Source: Paraspadella gotoi (Eukaryota > Animalia > Chaetognatha). Taken from it: DNA of 63,817 bases. How positions within the stretch are numbered: position 1 is the first letter of the stretch; the number at the start of each line of letters is the position of its first letter. Positions 52,808 to 63,817 of this stretch are shown here, piece by piece. The stretch is from assembly GCA_051294375.1 (NCBI GenBank), contig CM119264.1, positions 13,226,996 through 13,290,812 on the forward strand. Reading direction: 5' to 3'. The notes beneath the pieces are model-generated. The model was given only the letters and a program-made list of their open reading frames with translations, did no database searches and was not told where the DNA came from. A program made the position numbers and the translations under genes.

Positions 52808-53581
52808 AGAAGGTGATTCGCCTTCGTTATCACTCTGAGCTACGTTTCAGGACGTTCTAACGTGACAAATTGAATTGATTTTTTCTCTCTTGCTCTCTCT
52901 CCCTCTCTATTTCTCTCTCTCTCTCTTCACTCTCCTCTCTAATGATTTTTCTTTCTTTTTTTTTCTTATCTTCATCCCCCGGTGTCGTCTTTCTTTTCAT
53001 CGTCCTCGTCGCCAGCGCTACAAGCGGCGCAAAGCGGAACAACGGGTTCATGACAAATGAACACACAACCGCGACGAAGAAAGAAATTAAAAGCGGAAAA
53101 CAACTCGCTTTGCAGCCTAGAAACGAGAGGTACTTTGCCCTCGAGACAAACTTGTCATCACTCAAAAAATTGCCATTTTTGTAAATGAAGTTGTCAAAAC
53201 ATACACAACTGACAACTAACAACTGACCGACCGACTTTGAACTATTTTTCAGCTCGTGAGATACTCGTTAAAAATACATTCCACTCAAATAGTAGAAAAC
53301 CTTTATGAACGAATCAGTTTATCCTCAATGATCAAAATGGCTTCCGTCCCTAAACCTTTAACCTGACTCATGAATGAGAAACAGAGAACTTTCAACGAAT
53401 GACTGATGAACGAACAATAAATGATTATCGATGAATGATATGCGTCCGATGAATGAATGATGACTGGACGACTGACTGACGATGGACCGAAGATCGAAAG
53501 AGTGATGGATCGCGCCTGCGCGTCAGAGACTGACGTGATGAAAGACTTTCGCCGATAGAGAGAGAGAGAGAGAATGAGAAG

Positions 53582-53644
<63 letters not shown>

Positions 53645-53993
53645 AGAGAGAGAGAGACAGAGAGAGAGAGAAGGAAGGGGATTGACTTTAGCTCGAGTAG
53701 TTGACGGAATTTTTATCGGTGATCCTAGTAGGTCGTCAGTCGCTAACATTTTGGTCTTCGTGGTAAATGGGCGCTCGAGATGCCGCTCCCAGTTAACCTC
53801 GAAATCGGCCATTTTGAAACATTTTGAAAAGTTCTTTTAAGAATGATGAATTTTTTTCAGTTAGATTTTTACTTAACTTTGTTTGAAAGGAACTTATTTT
53901 AAACAATATATTGGTAGACATTATATTCGAACTTTCTTTTTTGTTGTTTATTTGAAAGAAAACTAAATTTTCTCTCTAAACAATATATTATAT

Positions 53994-54230
53994 GTTGTGG
54001 CGGTATATTCACACCGCCTCGCCTCCAGCTCCCAGCGGCTCAGAGCGGGAACGAACCATCCCAAGCTTTACGTTCAATCGACATTCCACAGTCCTAATGA
54101 CTTCCCTCTGTGTTGGCAAAGCGAGACCGTCCTAGGGTAACCGCGCCAGTGACAGGAGCCGTCACTGAGGGTCGGAAGCCCCCGAAGCCAACATCCCAAT
54201 TGGGCATCACAGGCACATGCTGTTGCCATA
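53994..54230. other. GC-balanced, hairpin-dense island (structured RNA or SINE/MITE-like element)
   Basis: Stems GGCGGT/ACCGCC, GAACG/CGTTC, TGTTGGC/GCCAACA and CAGTGAC/GTCACTG plus the palindrome CCCAATTGGG, between sharply AT-rich flanks. Confidence 0.4.
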
Positions 54231-54679
54231 ATATAAAATTTTGATTAATGGCAAATGCTTTCATATATTCTAAATGCATACATATTTATTATTCATATTC
54301 ATTATTCATTATTCATTATTAAAGGATATACCTCTAGGTTACTTACCAAAACTCACGTTTTCAATCGATTCGCTTTTCAACTAAGAAAACTGAAAAGAAA
54401 AGGAAAAAATTGAGTCTCTTCTCGGGAGGGGCGTGAGAGCGGCCATTTACGAAAGTGAATTTTCTTTCTCCTGCATTATGCTTTATGGCCTCTGAGAACG
54501 AAAATTGAAAGTCTCCAAAGAAAGTCATTTAAGTTATTCGTACAGGAAGGTAAAAGGGATTGAGAAGATAACGCGCTCCTTGTAAAATTGATAGTAACAA
54601 TGCGTCTCTTCTCTTAGACTGGTGTACTTACTTCTCTTCCTTCTCTCTCTCCGTTTTCTTTTTATTTTTTTTCTTCTGT

Positions 54680-54731
<52 letters not shown>

Positions 54732-55573
54732 GCTCTCTCCTTTTTTTCTTTTACTCTCTACCTGGCTATCTTCTGCCGGCTTAATGAGATTTTTTCTCTC
54801 CCAGCATTAATCTTTTTTACGTGGAAATTCTAAGTAATTGCTTGACATTTGTTTGGTGAAAAAAAGAAAAGGGACGAAGGAGAAAATCTTCTTTTTTCTA
54901 TTGTTGTCTTATCTTTGTGAAGTAAAGCAGAATGAAACATGGAATTTTGCTGAACGACCGTCCTACTCCGATTAACCTTTAAAATTATTACCCTTTTTCA
55001 CTAACTATAACGATTAAATATTATCCCTTAAAATTATCAAAACCATCGAAAATATTATTTCATTGAAAAATCAAACGAACAAAAAATTAAAATCTGTAAC
55101 TGTTATTTAAATTATACCTTACCTTATCGAATCCTAAAATTTATTTTATAAAACATATAATTATGTCTCAATTCCGGACATGACGTCGTCAAATTTCACG
55201 ACGACGACGACGACGACGACTACGACGACGACAACGACGACGACGACGAGGACTTTATCGACGTCCTCCAATCCTTGTATAAATTTAAATTCATTCACTT
55301 TTTCTTTACATACATACGTATTTACCTTGGTTCGTTGAAAATTCACCAAAGATTATTTTTTCATCGAGACTGTCATAAATCATGATGAGAGGATGGAGGA
55401 GGAGGAGGAGGAGGAGGAGGAAGAGGAGAAGGAGGAGGAGGAGAAGGTGAAGCAGTGAAGGAGGAAGTGTTATTTATGGTGTCGAGAAAAGATATAAGTT
55501 TTCGATTCCACTCTTTAATCAATCTCGGATAAACGAGCCGATGGAGAGAGAGAGAAGAGAGAGAGAGAGAGGT

Positions 55574-55646
<73 letters not shown>

Positions 55647-56202
55647 AAAACGGCCATACCTGTGTCGACGACAACGACGACGACGACGACGACCAATTCA
55701 GTCACGCAACCTAATTTAAACGATTGTGAAGAGAGATTTTCCCTTCATGACTCTCGTGTTAAGAGTCGACTGTATTTTTCTTGTCTTTTTCTTCCTTTTT
55801 TTTATTCTGCTTCTTCTTCTCCTTGCGAGCAAAGTTTTTCTCGATTATGACTTATTTTTTTAATTGTAAAATAAAAATATTTTATAGCAATTTTTCGGGT
55901 GTTTACTACTGTTTACTCGTATTAGAAATTTTTGCAACGGGGGCAGGGTATTTCCGATAATCTATTGAAAGGGGGTCATTTGATTTTAAAACCCTTTTCA
56001 CTTAAATGTAATTTCTCACGTTTATTCAAAATTGCAGGATTACTATATGATACTAAATATAATTCTCATTTAATCATAAATACGGTGTATCAAGAAGAAG
56101 ATATCAAAATCTTTTTTTTCTTATCTAGGCTCGTCTACTATTTGTGGCTTCATCGAAGGATTATTCCAAGGGAATCGTCGTCGAAATCGTCATCATCAGT
56201 CG

Positions 56203-56234
<32 letters not shown>

Positions 56235-56289
56235 GTCAGCAACATAGTCATCAACGACGTTCTCAATATCATTCTCGAACTCCGTTCCA

Positions 56290-56369
<80 letters not shown>

Positions 56370-57363
56370 AGAGAATCGTTTGGTTCGTTTAATTCCGTCG
56401 TTTATCCGAGGTTTTGAATGAAAGTGGAAAGGAGCCTTCTTGACTAAGAAGCCTTTAACGAGAATCAAAGACGAGACCCAAAGCTTTCCATAACGAAAAT
56501 GTTTACCCTCGCGCCCCCCCACTCTCCCCCCGACCGCCCCGCTTCGGTCTTTATTCCCATTTCTTTCTCTTTAAAAATCCCTTTCCTCCTTCCTCTTTCC
56601 TCCCTCCCTCATTCCGTCGATCTGTCCCGCTCCTTTTTATTCTTTCTCGGTCAGGTATTTCAATTTCCTCTTTCCCTCCTCGTTTTCGTTCAATTCATTG
56701 CGTTCTACTCCCCCCCCCCCCCGCCCCCACCCCAACGCTTCACCTTCCCAACTCCTAATCACTCTCTTAAACCCACCGCTCGATTTTCCCGCCATTTCTC
56801 TTCCCCCCGTCCCCCACGACCACCGACCATTTCTTTCCGCTCCAGTGCAGAAAAGAAAAAAAGAATTTTTGGAGAGTTGAAAACCATTAGGGTCTTTTTT
56901 TTTTTTTTTCTTTCATTCGTTTCGGTCCAGAAGAGATTCTGACGAAGGGCGGGGATGGGTAAATGGGGTGGGTCTGGTCGGTGGGTCAGATGGTCACGGT
57001 GGTGGAAGATGATTTGGGGATAAGTGGAGCGGCCTGGTGGTGTTATGCTCTAATCGGTTATAAAATATACGCAGATGATCTCTCACTGGATGCGCTAAAG
57101 TCGGTGAAATAGGATCTTTTTATTGAGATTGAAGAATGTTATTTGGTTATAGTACGTGAACGTCTAAAGGAAAGCAACGAACGGTGAAAAACTGTCGAAA
57201 AAAGCATTAGAGCAACTCCCTATAAAGAACAAAAAAAACTTTTAAAAAATTTCTGGCCTTGGCGTTTCATTTGGATAAATTAATTTTTAAATTTCGATTA
57301 ATATACAAATTCATTCTCTCTCTCTCCTCTCTCTCTCTCTCTTCTCTCTCTCTTCTCTCCTCT

Positions 57364-57401
<38 letters not shown>

Positions 57402-57659
57402 CTCTCTCCTCTCTCTCTCTCCTTCTCTCTCTCTCCTTCTCTCCCTTGGCTTTCGTTTTGGAGACAGCTTTGTCTTTTTCCGCTCATCGTCTCCCTTCCC
57501 GCTATCCATCTCTTTCCGCAAATCTAATTAACTGCCCCCAACAGCACGTTCTCTTCTCGCTCTCTCGACTGTCGTTATCCCTCTCGTCGGACTTCTGTCT
57601 CTCCGTAAACTCTCATCTCGTCTCCGTCTCTCGTCTCTCTCTCCCTCATCTAAGTTGAC

Positions 57660-58376
57660 TGATAGTTTTAATCCATTCATTATAATATTTTTTTTGGGCA
57701 TAATATTCTAGCTTCATCCTTTTAACTCCATTCCAGTTGTTCACAATCACGTGACTTTACCAACCCTGCCTCTGGACCCCACCCCTTCCCCATTAATTTT
57801 TATCCCCCGACTTGGCCTCAGTCAATGCGCTTCCAATACGAAAATGTATTTCGCCTACGTACGCATGTACTGTTTTAAAAATCAGTCTTCGTTTAAAATT
57901 TGCTTTTTTTCCTTTTGCGTCATCAATCGCCATCTAAAACTAAAATTTACTTCAAGTAATTAATTTAAAGAGCGTGTCGAGAGATGTCACGGAAAAAATG
58001 TTTAATCAATTTTATTAGAACTAAAATTTCCTTCCTAAATTGTTGAATTTAAACAAACACTTTTGTCTTTTTTTTTTCAGAATGAAGTCAAAATCCGTCA
58101 AAGTTGAAGTCATCGATACGAAGCGTCAACGTCATTCACCTTCGGCATTTAAATCTAAAACTCTTTGAAAAAGAATTTCCAACAAAACTTTTTTTGAAAA
58201 AAAAAAATCTTAGTTGACGTCATTCCATTTGGGGGGAGACTCACACAGTGATTTCGCAGTCTCCGTCGACCTCTTCGCCAAGTAAATTCATGCACAGTGA
58301 TTCTTCTCTGATCATCTCCATCTCATTAATGGGATGGTTTTCGTCCTTCTTTCTTACTCTCTCTCTCTCTCCTTCT

Positions 58377-58428
<52 letters not shown>

Positions 58429-59285
58429 TGTCTTTCTCTAATTTTACTATATTTAATCATATTATATTATTTTTTTGCATATATTCTAGCTTCTCCTTTT
58501 AACTCCATTCCAGTTTGTTCACATCACGTGACTTTACCAACCCTGCCTCTGGACCCACCCCTTCCCATATTTTTATCCCGACTTGGGCCTCAGTCAATGC
58601 GCTTCCAATACGAAAATGTATTTCGCCTACTTACGCATGTACTGTTTTAAAATCAGTCTTTCGTTTAAAATTGCTTTTTTTCCTTTTGCGTCATCAATCG
58701 CCATCTAAAACTTAAAATTTACTTCAAGTAATTATTTAAAGAGGCGTGTCGAGAGATGTCAGGAAGAAAATGTTTTAATAATTTTATTAGAACTAAAAAT
58801 TTCCTTCCTAAATTGTTGAATTTAAACAAACACTTTTGTCTTTTTTTTTCAGAATGAAGTTCAAAAATCTCCGTCAAAGTGAAGTCATCGATACGAAGCG
58901 TCAACGTCATTCACTTCGGCATTTAAATCTAAAACTCTTGAAAAGGAATTTCAAACAAAAACTTTTTTGAAAAAAAAAAATCTTAGTATGACGTTCATTC
59001 CATTTGGGGGGAGACTCACACAGTTGATTTCGCAGTCTCCGTCGACCTCATATCGACCCAATAGATAAATTCAATGCACAGTAGATTCATTCTCTGATCA
59101 TCTCATACTCATTAATGAGGAATGGTTTTCGTCCTTCTTTCATTATCTCTCTCATCTCTCTCTCTTCTCTCTCTCTACTCTCTACATTCTCATCATTCTC
59201 TCTACTAATTACTCTCTCTCTCTCCTCTAATCTCTCTCTCTCTACTCTCTGCTCGCTCATTAAGACGAAATGGACGCCGCCCTGT
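57660..59285 (+). repeat. tandem duplication of ~0.8 kb (57660-58430 and 58440-59285), with a partial third copy at 63130-63465
   Basis: Shared ATCACGTGACTTTACCAACCCTGCCTCTGGACCC, GCCTCAGTCAATGCGCTTCCAATACGAAAATG and GACTCACACAGT. Confidence 0.95.
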
Positions 59286-59911
59286 TGTTAGAGAGATCGT
59301 ACGCATGCGATACTTGGCGTCGACGTATAAACACTGATCTTTTGCTTGAATTACTAACTACGGAGTAGAAAAGCTCCATACCCAGTCTAAGGTGAACGCC
59401 AGGGATCGCCCGCTTGACGAGAGATGAAGAAGATGGAACGAAGAGATGAAACATCGGTTTTTCTACACTCCCCGGATTGGAGCCTACTTAGTATGTTTAT
59501 TACTTGCATATGAATTATGATTATTTGACATGAACTTACTATTTGCCTTTGAAGGATCTTAACACCAATTCACCATCTCACTTCTACTACAAAAATACAT
59601 CATTCGTTATGAACACGGGCTTCATGGAATAGAAAGTTTTTTAGCTGAGGCTATAGCACTTACTGTACTTAATATAAGAACTAATCTGTCTCCTACGGGA
59701 TTCTATCTAAAACTAAACTAATTAAAAATTAAAAAATAGCCGAGCAAGCCTGGGACTTGGAGGACTTGGCTTCCGAGTTTTGGGTCTTAAATAAAATCAT
59801 ACCTTGATCACGGTTCTAATTGTGAACAGTCTGAGGAATTCGGAAGGGAAAGTGGGAGCCACTCGCAATAAGGGCACCATTCGGGAGCCGGAATCTTTTT
59901 TCTTAAAAACA
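59286..59911 (+). repeat. putative 5' LTR of the second element
   Basis: TGTT...AACA termini, AATAAA at ~59790, followed by TTGG (PBS-like) and an ATG ~95 bp later. The 3' boundary is uncertain (59828 is an alternative). Confidence 0.35.
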
Positions 59912-61269
59912 TTGGGCCGGTCTTTTGTGATCGGGCCGGTAAGAACGGGGCTGGAGCCGACCGAAGCCGTCGCAAGTGAGTTGTGAATAAAAAGCCATCG
60001 TTCAAGATGGCGAACGATTGGAAACTTTGGCCATTAAAATCCAGATTTTTAATAACATTAATTAATCAAAATGAGGAGGAGTTATACGGTCGTTAAAGGA
60101 TTTACAATACGACTAAAACAATTTTGAAAAATTGTACAATAACGCCCAAACGTTTCTTCGGAGGCAGCGACCGACAGGCCGAAAGGGGTCCGGTGACTGT
60201 TCCGGGACTGTTTCACTGATCTTGCACAATTGTTTGTGCACACCTGCACTGAAACCGATCGGTAAATTATTTATTAGGATGAGGGTCTTGTAATCTGTTA
60301 CCGGGCCCGTATTAAGGCTTGTCCCATTATTGTATCTGATGAGGAGTATGAGCGTCAGTAGCACGAGGTGTTGAGAATTGATGAGGAAAATGATAAGCGT
60401 TGAGTATTGGTACTGATCATTTGCCGCCCGTATCCGGCGCCCAGCACCCCCCTGACTAAACCTAGCGTCAATGATCGTCTGAACTGTCAGGAGCGTCGCG
60501 GCGCAGCTATGTCACTCTCGCGGTATGCTACGTCGCCTAAGATCACTTCAGGCGCTCGCGCGGTTTGAGCCTCAAGCGCCAGGTCCGATCAGAATCCAGG
60601 AAGGAGCACGTTCCGGTAACAAAGTCCTCTCGATCGTCCAAAGAGACGATCAGGCAAAGGTTGCCTCGTCTGAGAGAGATGACGCAGAAGAACAATGTAG
60701 CGGATTGAAAAGAGAGAGAGAAAGATAGAGATAGAAAAAGGAGATTAGAAGAGAGGAAGAAAAATTATAAAGAGAGCATTCTGGACCGTTGGAGGCTAAA
60801 ATGAAAGCACTTGAGAGGATGAAGAAGAAAGAAAGAAGTCTCGAAGTTACGAATTCAGATTGAAAGTGCTATTGAAAGAATAAAAAAGCGGTGAGAGAGA
60901 TGTAATAATCTATAGCGATGGCAGATCAAAAGGAGAACAATACTAAGGCATCTCGACGACAAGTCATCATAAGTCCGAGAAGACATCGGAGAAAAAGGGA
61001 CAGCAATGAGATAATCGGCCGCGACCGCGCGAACGTGGACCTCGCGGAGTGACGCGTCGAAATCTGAAGTCTTATGTCTACTTACTGGTGAATGGATGGT
61101 GGTCCGAGAATAGCTGAGGAAAAACGCGCGTGGTCTGCTCGAGGAGGAATATAGACAATAGAAGCTTTACGAATTTCGTGAGAAGATTGTTCGCGAATCC
61201 AACTGCATACCGCCTGCAGGCCGTCCTCGTCATTATGTAGTTCCACGGCCGCGCCCTATCACCGCACCT

Positions 61270-61990
61270 CCTGAAGCTGAAACTGTTGCTGTAGAAAACC
61301 CTGTTTAATACCGTTCTGCAAAGGAAGTCGCTGAATGAGGAATGTTGGGGAAAGTCGCTGCTTAGAGGATGTTGCTGGGGGTTGCTGCAGAGAGGTTGCT
61401 ATGGAAGTAACTTGCTGACAAAAGATTGCTTACGAAAGAGTCTGCCTGCAAAAGTTGCTGAAGAAGAAGTCGCTGACGAAAACCTGCTGCGATAGCGTCT
61501 GCGGAAAAAGTCTGTAAGAAAGGTTACTTGATGTAGAAGATAATATTCTGCTAAAGAGTACTGCAGAGGAAGGTACTGATCTGACAGGCTGCTGCTGTGG
61601 AATTTCAGCGAAGAGGTTGCTGCTGAAGAAGATGCTAATACGAAAGTTCGTCGATCGTATAAAGTTTCGGAGAAGTTACGGATAAGTTGGCCTGATAATA
61701 GACGGAAAAAGTGTGGAAGAGAAGTAGACGGAAAAAGCTGGCAGAAAAAGGCTTGAAGTATGTGTTGCGTGGAAAAGTATGTGTGAAAAAGTTGCGGAAA
61801 TACAAGTATCTAAAATAGTTGTTCTGAGGATAAAGTGAAGCTTCGGAAACCAGGTTGCGGAAAAAGCTGCGGGAAAAGGTTGGTCGAGAAAATGTTTGCT
61901 GGTGAGGATAGCGGAAGAAAGCTTTGGCGAGAAGCTGCAGGGAAGCTGTCTGGTGGAATGAAGTGACTAAAGTAAGCCGGTTAAAGGGGA
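61270..61990 (+). repeat. degenerate short-period coding-like repeat (E/K-V-A rich) inside the second element
   Basis: Recurrent GAAGTTGCTG / GAAGTCGCTG / GGAAAAAGTTGC units, apparently with a period near 15 nt. Confidence 0.7.
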
Positions 61991-63342
61991 AAATGTTCGA
62001 AGAGAGTCTCAACCTGTGATCAAGTAGACATGCCAGAGTCTGATAGGTTGTAGAAGCCGATCTTGTTCTTCACACTCGCTGGTCGTTATCATTGAGTTCA
62101 TGGGAGAAGAATGTTTTGCATAGATGCTGCCCACATTAATGAAAGTGAGCTGCCTTAAATTTATCACTTTTATCATTTGGGAGTTCATTTTGCTCTACTC
62201 TCTCGAACCTATCGATCGACAATTCAGTCTTCTCAAGTCTTCTCGAATGTTGAGCCTAAGTTTAAGCTGCAAATGCCAAGGCCGTGCTGGAGTTCTGTGC
62301 TGACCATGGAAAAGTGCTCAATCTGTCATCCTAATGATCGTCACGTGTAAAAAGTGTCTGGAGCCTCACCACTGCTTTCAATTTCTAGGTCTAATAATAA
62401 ACTTCTATTGAATGAGGAGATTCAGTATAAGACGGAAATGTATAGGTTGGATTATGGTGCTGACTACTAGTTGGTTCAACGATATATCACATAACTGTCA
62501 CTATGGTTTGATCACATCACTTGAGTAATGTAAGTGTATAAAGAGAAAACCTTCAGTGTTCTTGACGAAATTAACATTGCTGGGCTTTAAGTTAAGTGCT
62601 AAATACCAAAGAAAAGAAGATTGTGGTATGTCATTTTTGTCCAGAAATCGGCGATGGCTTAGGTCTCACATTGTAAAATGATTGCTAACGTATGCCAATA
62701 TTTCATTTACGGATGCTCCGTCTAAAGGGGAAGAAGAAAGATCGAAAAAAGTTTCTTGCTTAGAGAAGTCTCCTACAACTTTGCTGTTGGAGCAGCTGAC
62801 AAAGTTTTTGGCCTTAGGAAAGTGCATCTTAAACTTTGCAGGTTGGAAATTAAAATTTTGTTTGAGGACTCACATTCAAGAGGAGAAAGATGTGAGCCAA
62901 AATATTTCTGGAGTGAAAGGAAAACTCTTGGAATAATGTAAATTCACGAGGGCTTGGAGGTGTAAACCATGAACACGAGTTGAGATGACCTATAAGAGGA
63001 AAAGAAATGGTCTTTCTACGGCTCAGAGAGACGACTATGACGACGACCAGTGAGTTTGATTGTTGTCAAACCAAATCCAATTTTATTAAGTTAGTGGACC
63101 AGGTTGACCTTTTAACTTACAAAAGAAGTAATCTAAACTCTTTGAAAAAGAATTTCAAACAAAACTTTTTTGGGAAAAAAAAAATTCTTAGTTTGACTCA
63201 TTCGATTGGGGGGACTCACACAGTGATTCGCAGTTCTCCGTCGACTCTTCGCCAAAGTTAAATTCATTGAAGTGATTCTTCTCTTGTCATCTCCATCTCA
63301 TTTTAATGGGATGGTTTTCTCTCTTCTTCTTACTCTCTCTCC

Positions 63343-63380
<38 letters not shown>

Positions 63381-63817
63381 TCTCTCTTCTCTCTTCTCTC
63401 TCTCTCTTCTCTCTCTCTCTCTCTCTCTCTCTGTCGGCTCATTAGAGAAATGGACGCCGCCTGTTCTTCCTCTTAATTGTTAGTCTGCTACGATTACTTA
63501 TTGTTCAAGTTTAATCGTCATATTTTAATCGCTCTCTCTCGCTCTCTCCTCCTNNNNNNNNNNNNNNNNNNNNNNNNNTCTCTCTCTCTCTCTCTCTCTC
63601 TCTCTCACGCGATCATTACAATCCCCCCTCAGCGGGAGGGACCCGCGCACACACACGATCTACGTCTCTTGCGTGACACGATATGTTTTTATGATTATTT
63701 TATTCATTTCTCTTTTTCTCTACGACGAATGTCCGGCGACGTTTCGAGACCTCCGCCCACTGGATTAAAAAACGGTTGTGTATTTTTTTCTAATTTAATG
63801 TATAATTTTACAATACA

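Larger units (their letters stand above)
59286..63130 (+). mobile_element. 5' half of a second LTR retrotransposon (LTR, gag, protease; probably BEL/Pao), very noisy and truncated
   Basis: It begins TGTTA exactly where host DNA (..TGGACGCCGCCTGT) is interrupted relative to the uninterrupted copy at 63451-63470. There is an ATG at 60007, acidic/coiled-coil fragments (SDEEYERQ..RIDEENDKR), a Cys/His cluster CKKCLEPHH (~62345-62372), retropepsin-like LDYGAD (62447-62464), then LL.GA.D and FAGW. Confidence 0.7.

Noticed and set aside
53400-53505. CTGATGA / CTGACGA...GAAA resembling a hammerhead ribozyme core
   Set aside because: No stem II pairing closes the core and no stem I/III partners are present. 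It lies in a GACT/GAAT repeat tract.
54049-54172. TCCCAAGC (twister-like loop) and ACC-GTCCTAG-GGT (HDV-like P3/L3)
   Set aside because: The required flanking stems and pseudoknot partners do not fit either consensus.
57059-57087. TATAAAA with downstream TCACT (TATA plus Inr)
   Set aside because: The spacing is about 26 nt rather than ~30, no downstream exon is visible, and the motif is common in AT-rich DNA.
60113-60364. Minus-strand ORF with a hydrophobic, signal-peptide-like start
   Set aside because: It is better explained as the antisense of the acidic plus-strand Gag N-terminus.

Overview
This is animal-like eukaryotic draft-genome DNA: AT-rich, rich in CpG, saturated with (GA/CT)n and (GAC/GTC)n microsatellites, and broken by 14 N-gaps. 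I cannot identify the species. I found no convincing host protein-coding gene, rRNA, canonical tRNA or CRISPR array, and nearly all track ORFs are translations of microsatellites or gaps. The best-supported coding content is a frameshifted, 3'-truncated BEL/Pao LTR retrotransposon on the minus strand (~30048-38395). It shows Gag zinc knuckle, protease, RT with FYVDD, RNase H-region and integrase N-terminal motifs. A second, noisier LTR-element 5' half (LTR, gag, protease) lies on the plus strand (~59286-63130), and a weak Merlin-like transposase remnant lies near 45.5 kb. From ~26 kb onward, indel-riddled near-copies of neighbouring host DNA and four gaps of exactly 25 N point to uncorrected long-read gap filling, so frameshifts and duplications there may be artefacts. 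The unique host DNA looks like a large intron or gene desert with motif-dense islands (RFX X-boxes, CTCF-like sites, E-box clusters). I did not find a clearly new biological system. The best leads are a pre-miRNA-like hairpin with a let-7-type seed (20312-20370), a densely structured RNA-like island (53994-54230), the atypical Gag regions of both LTR elements, and a filled/empty insertion-site pair.
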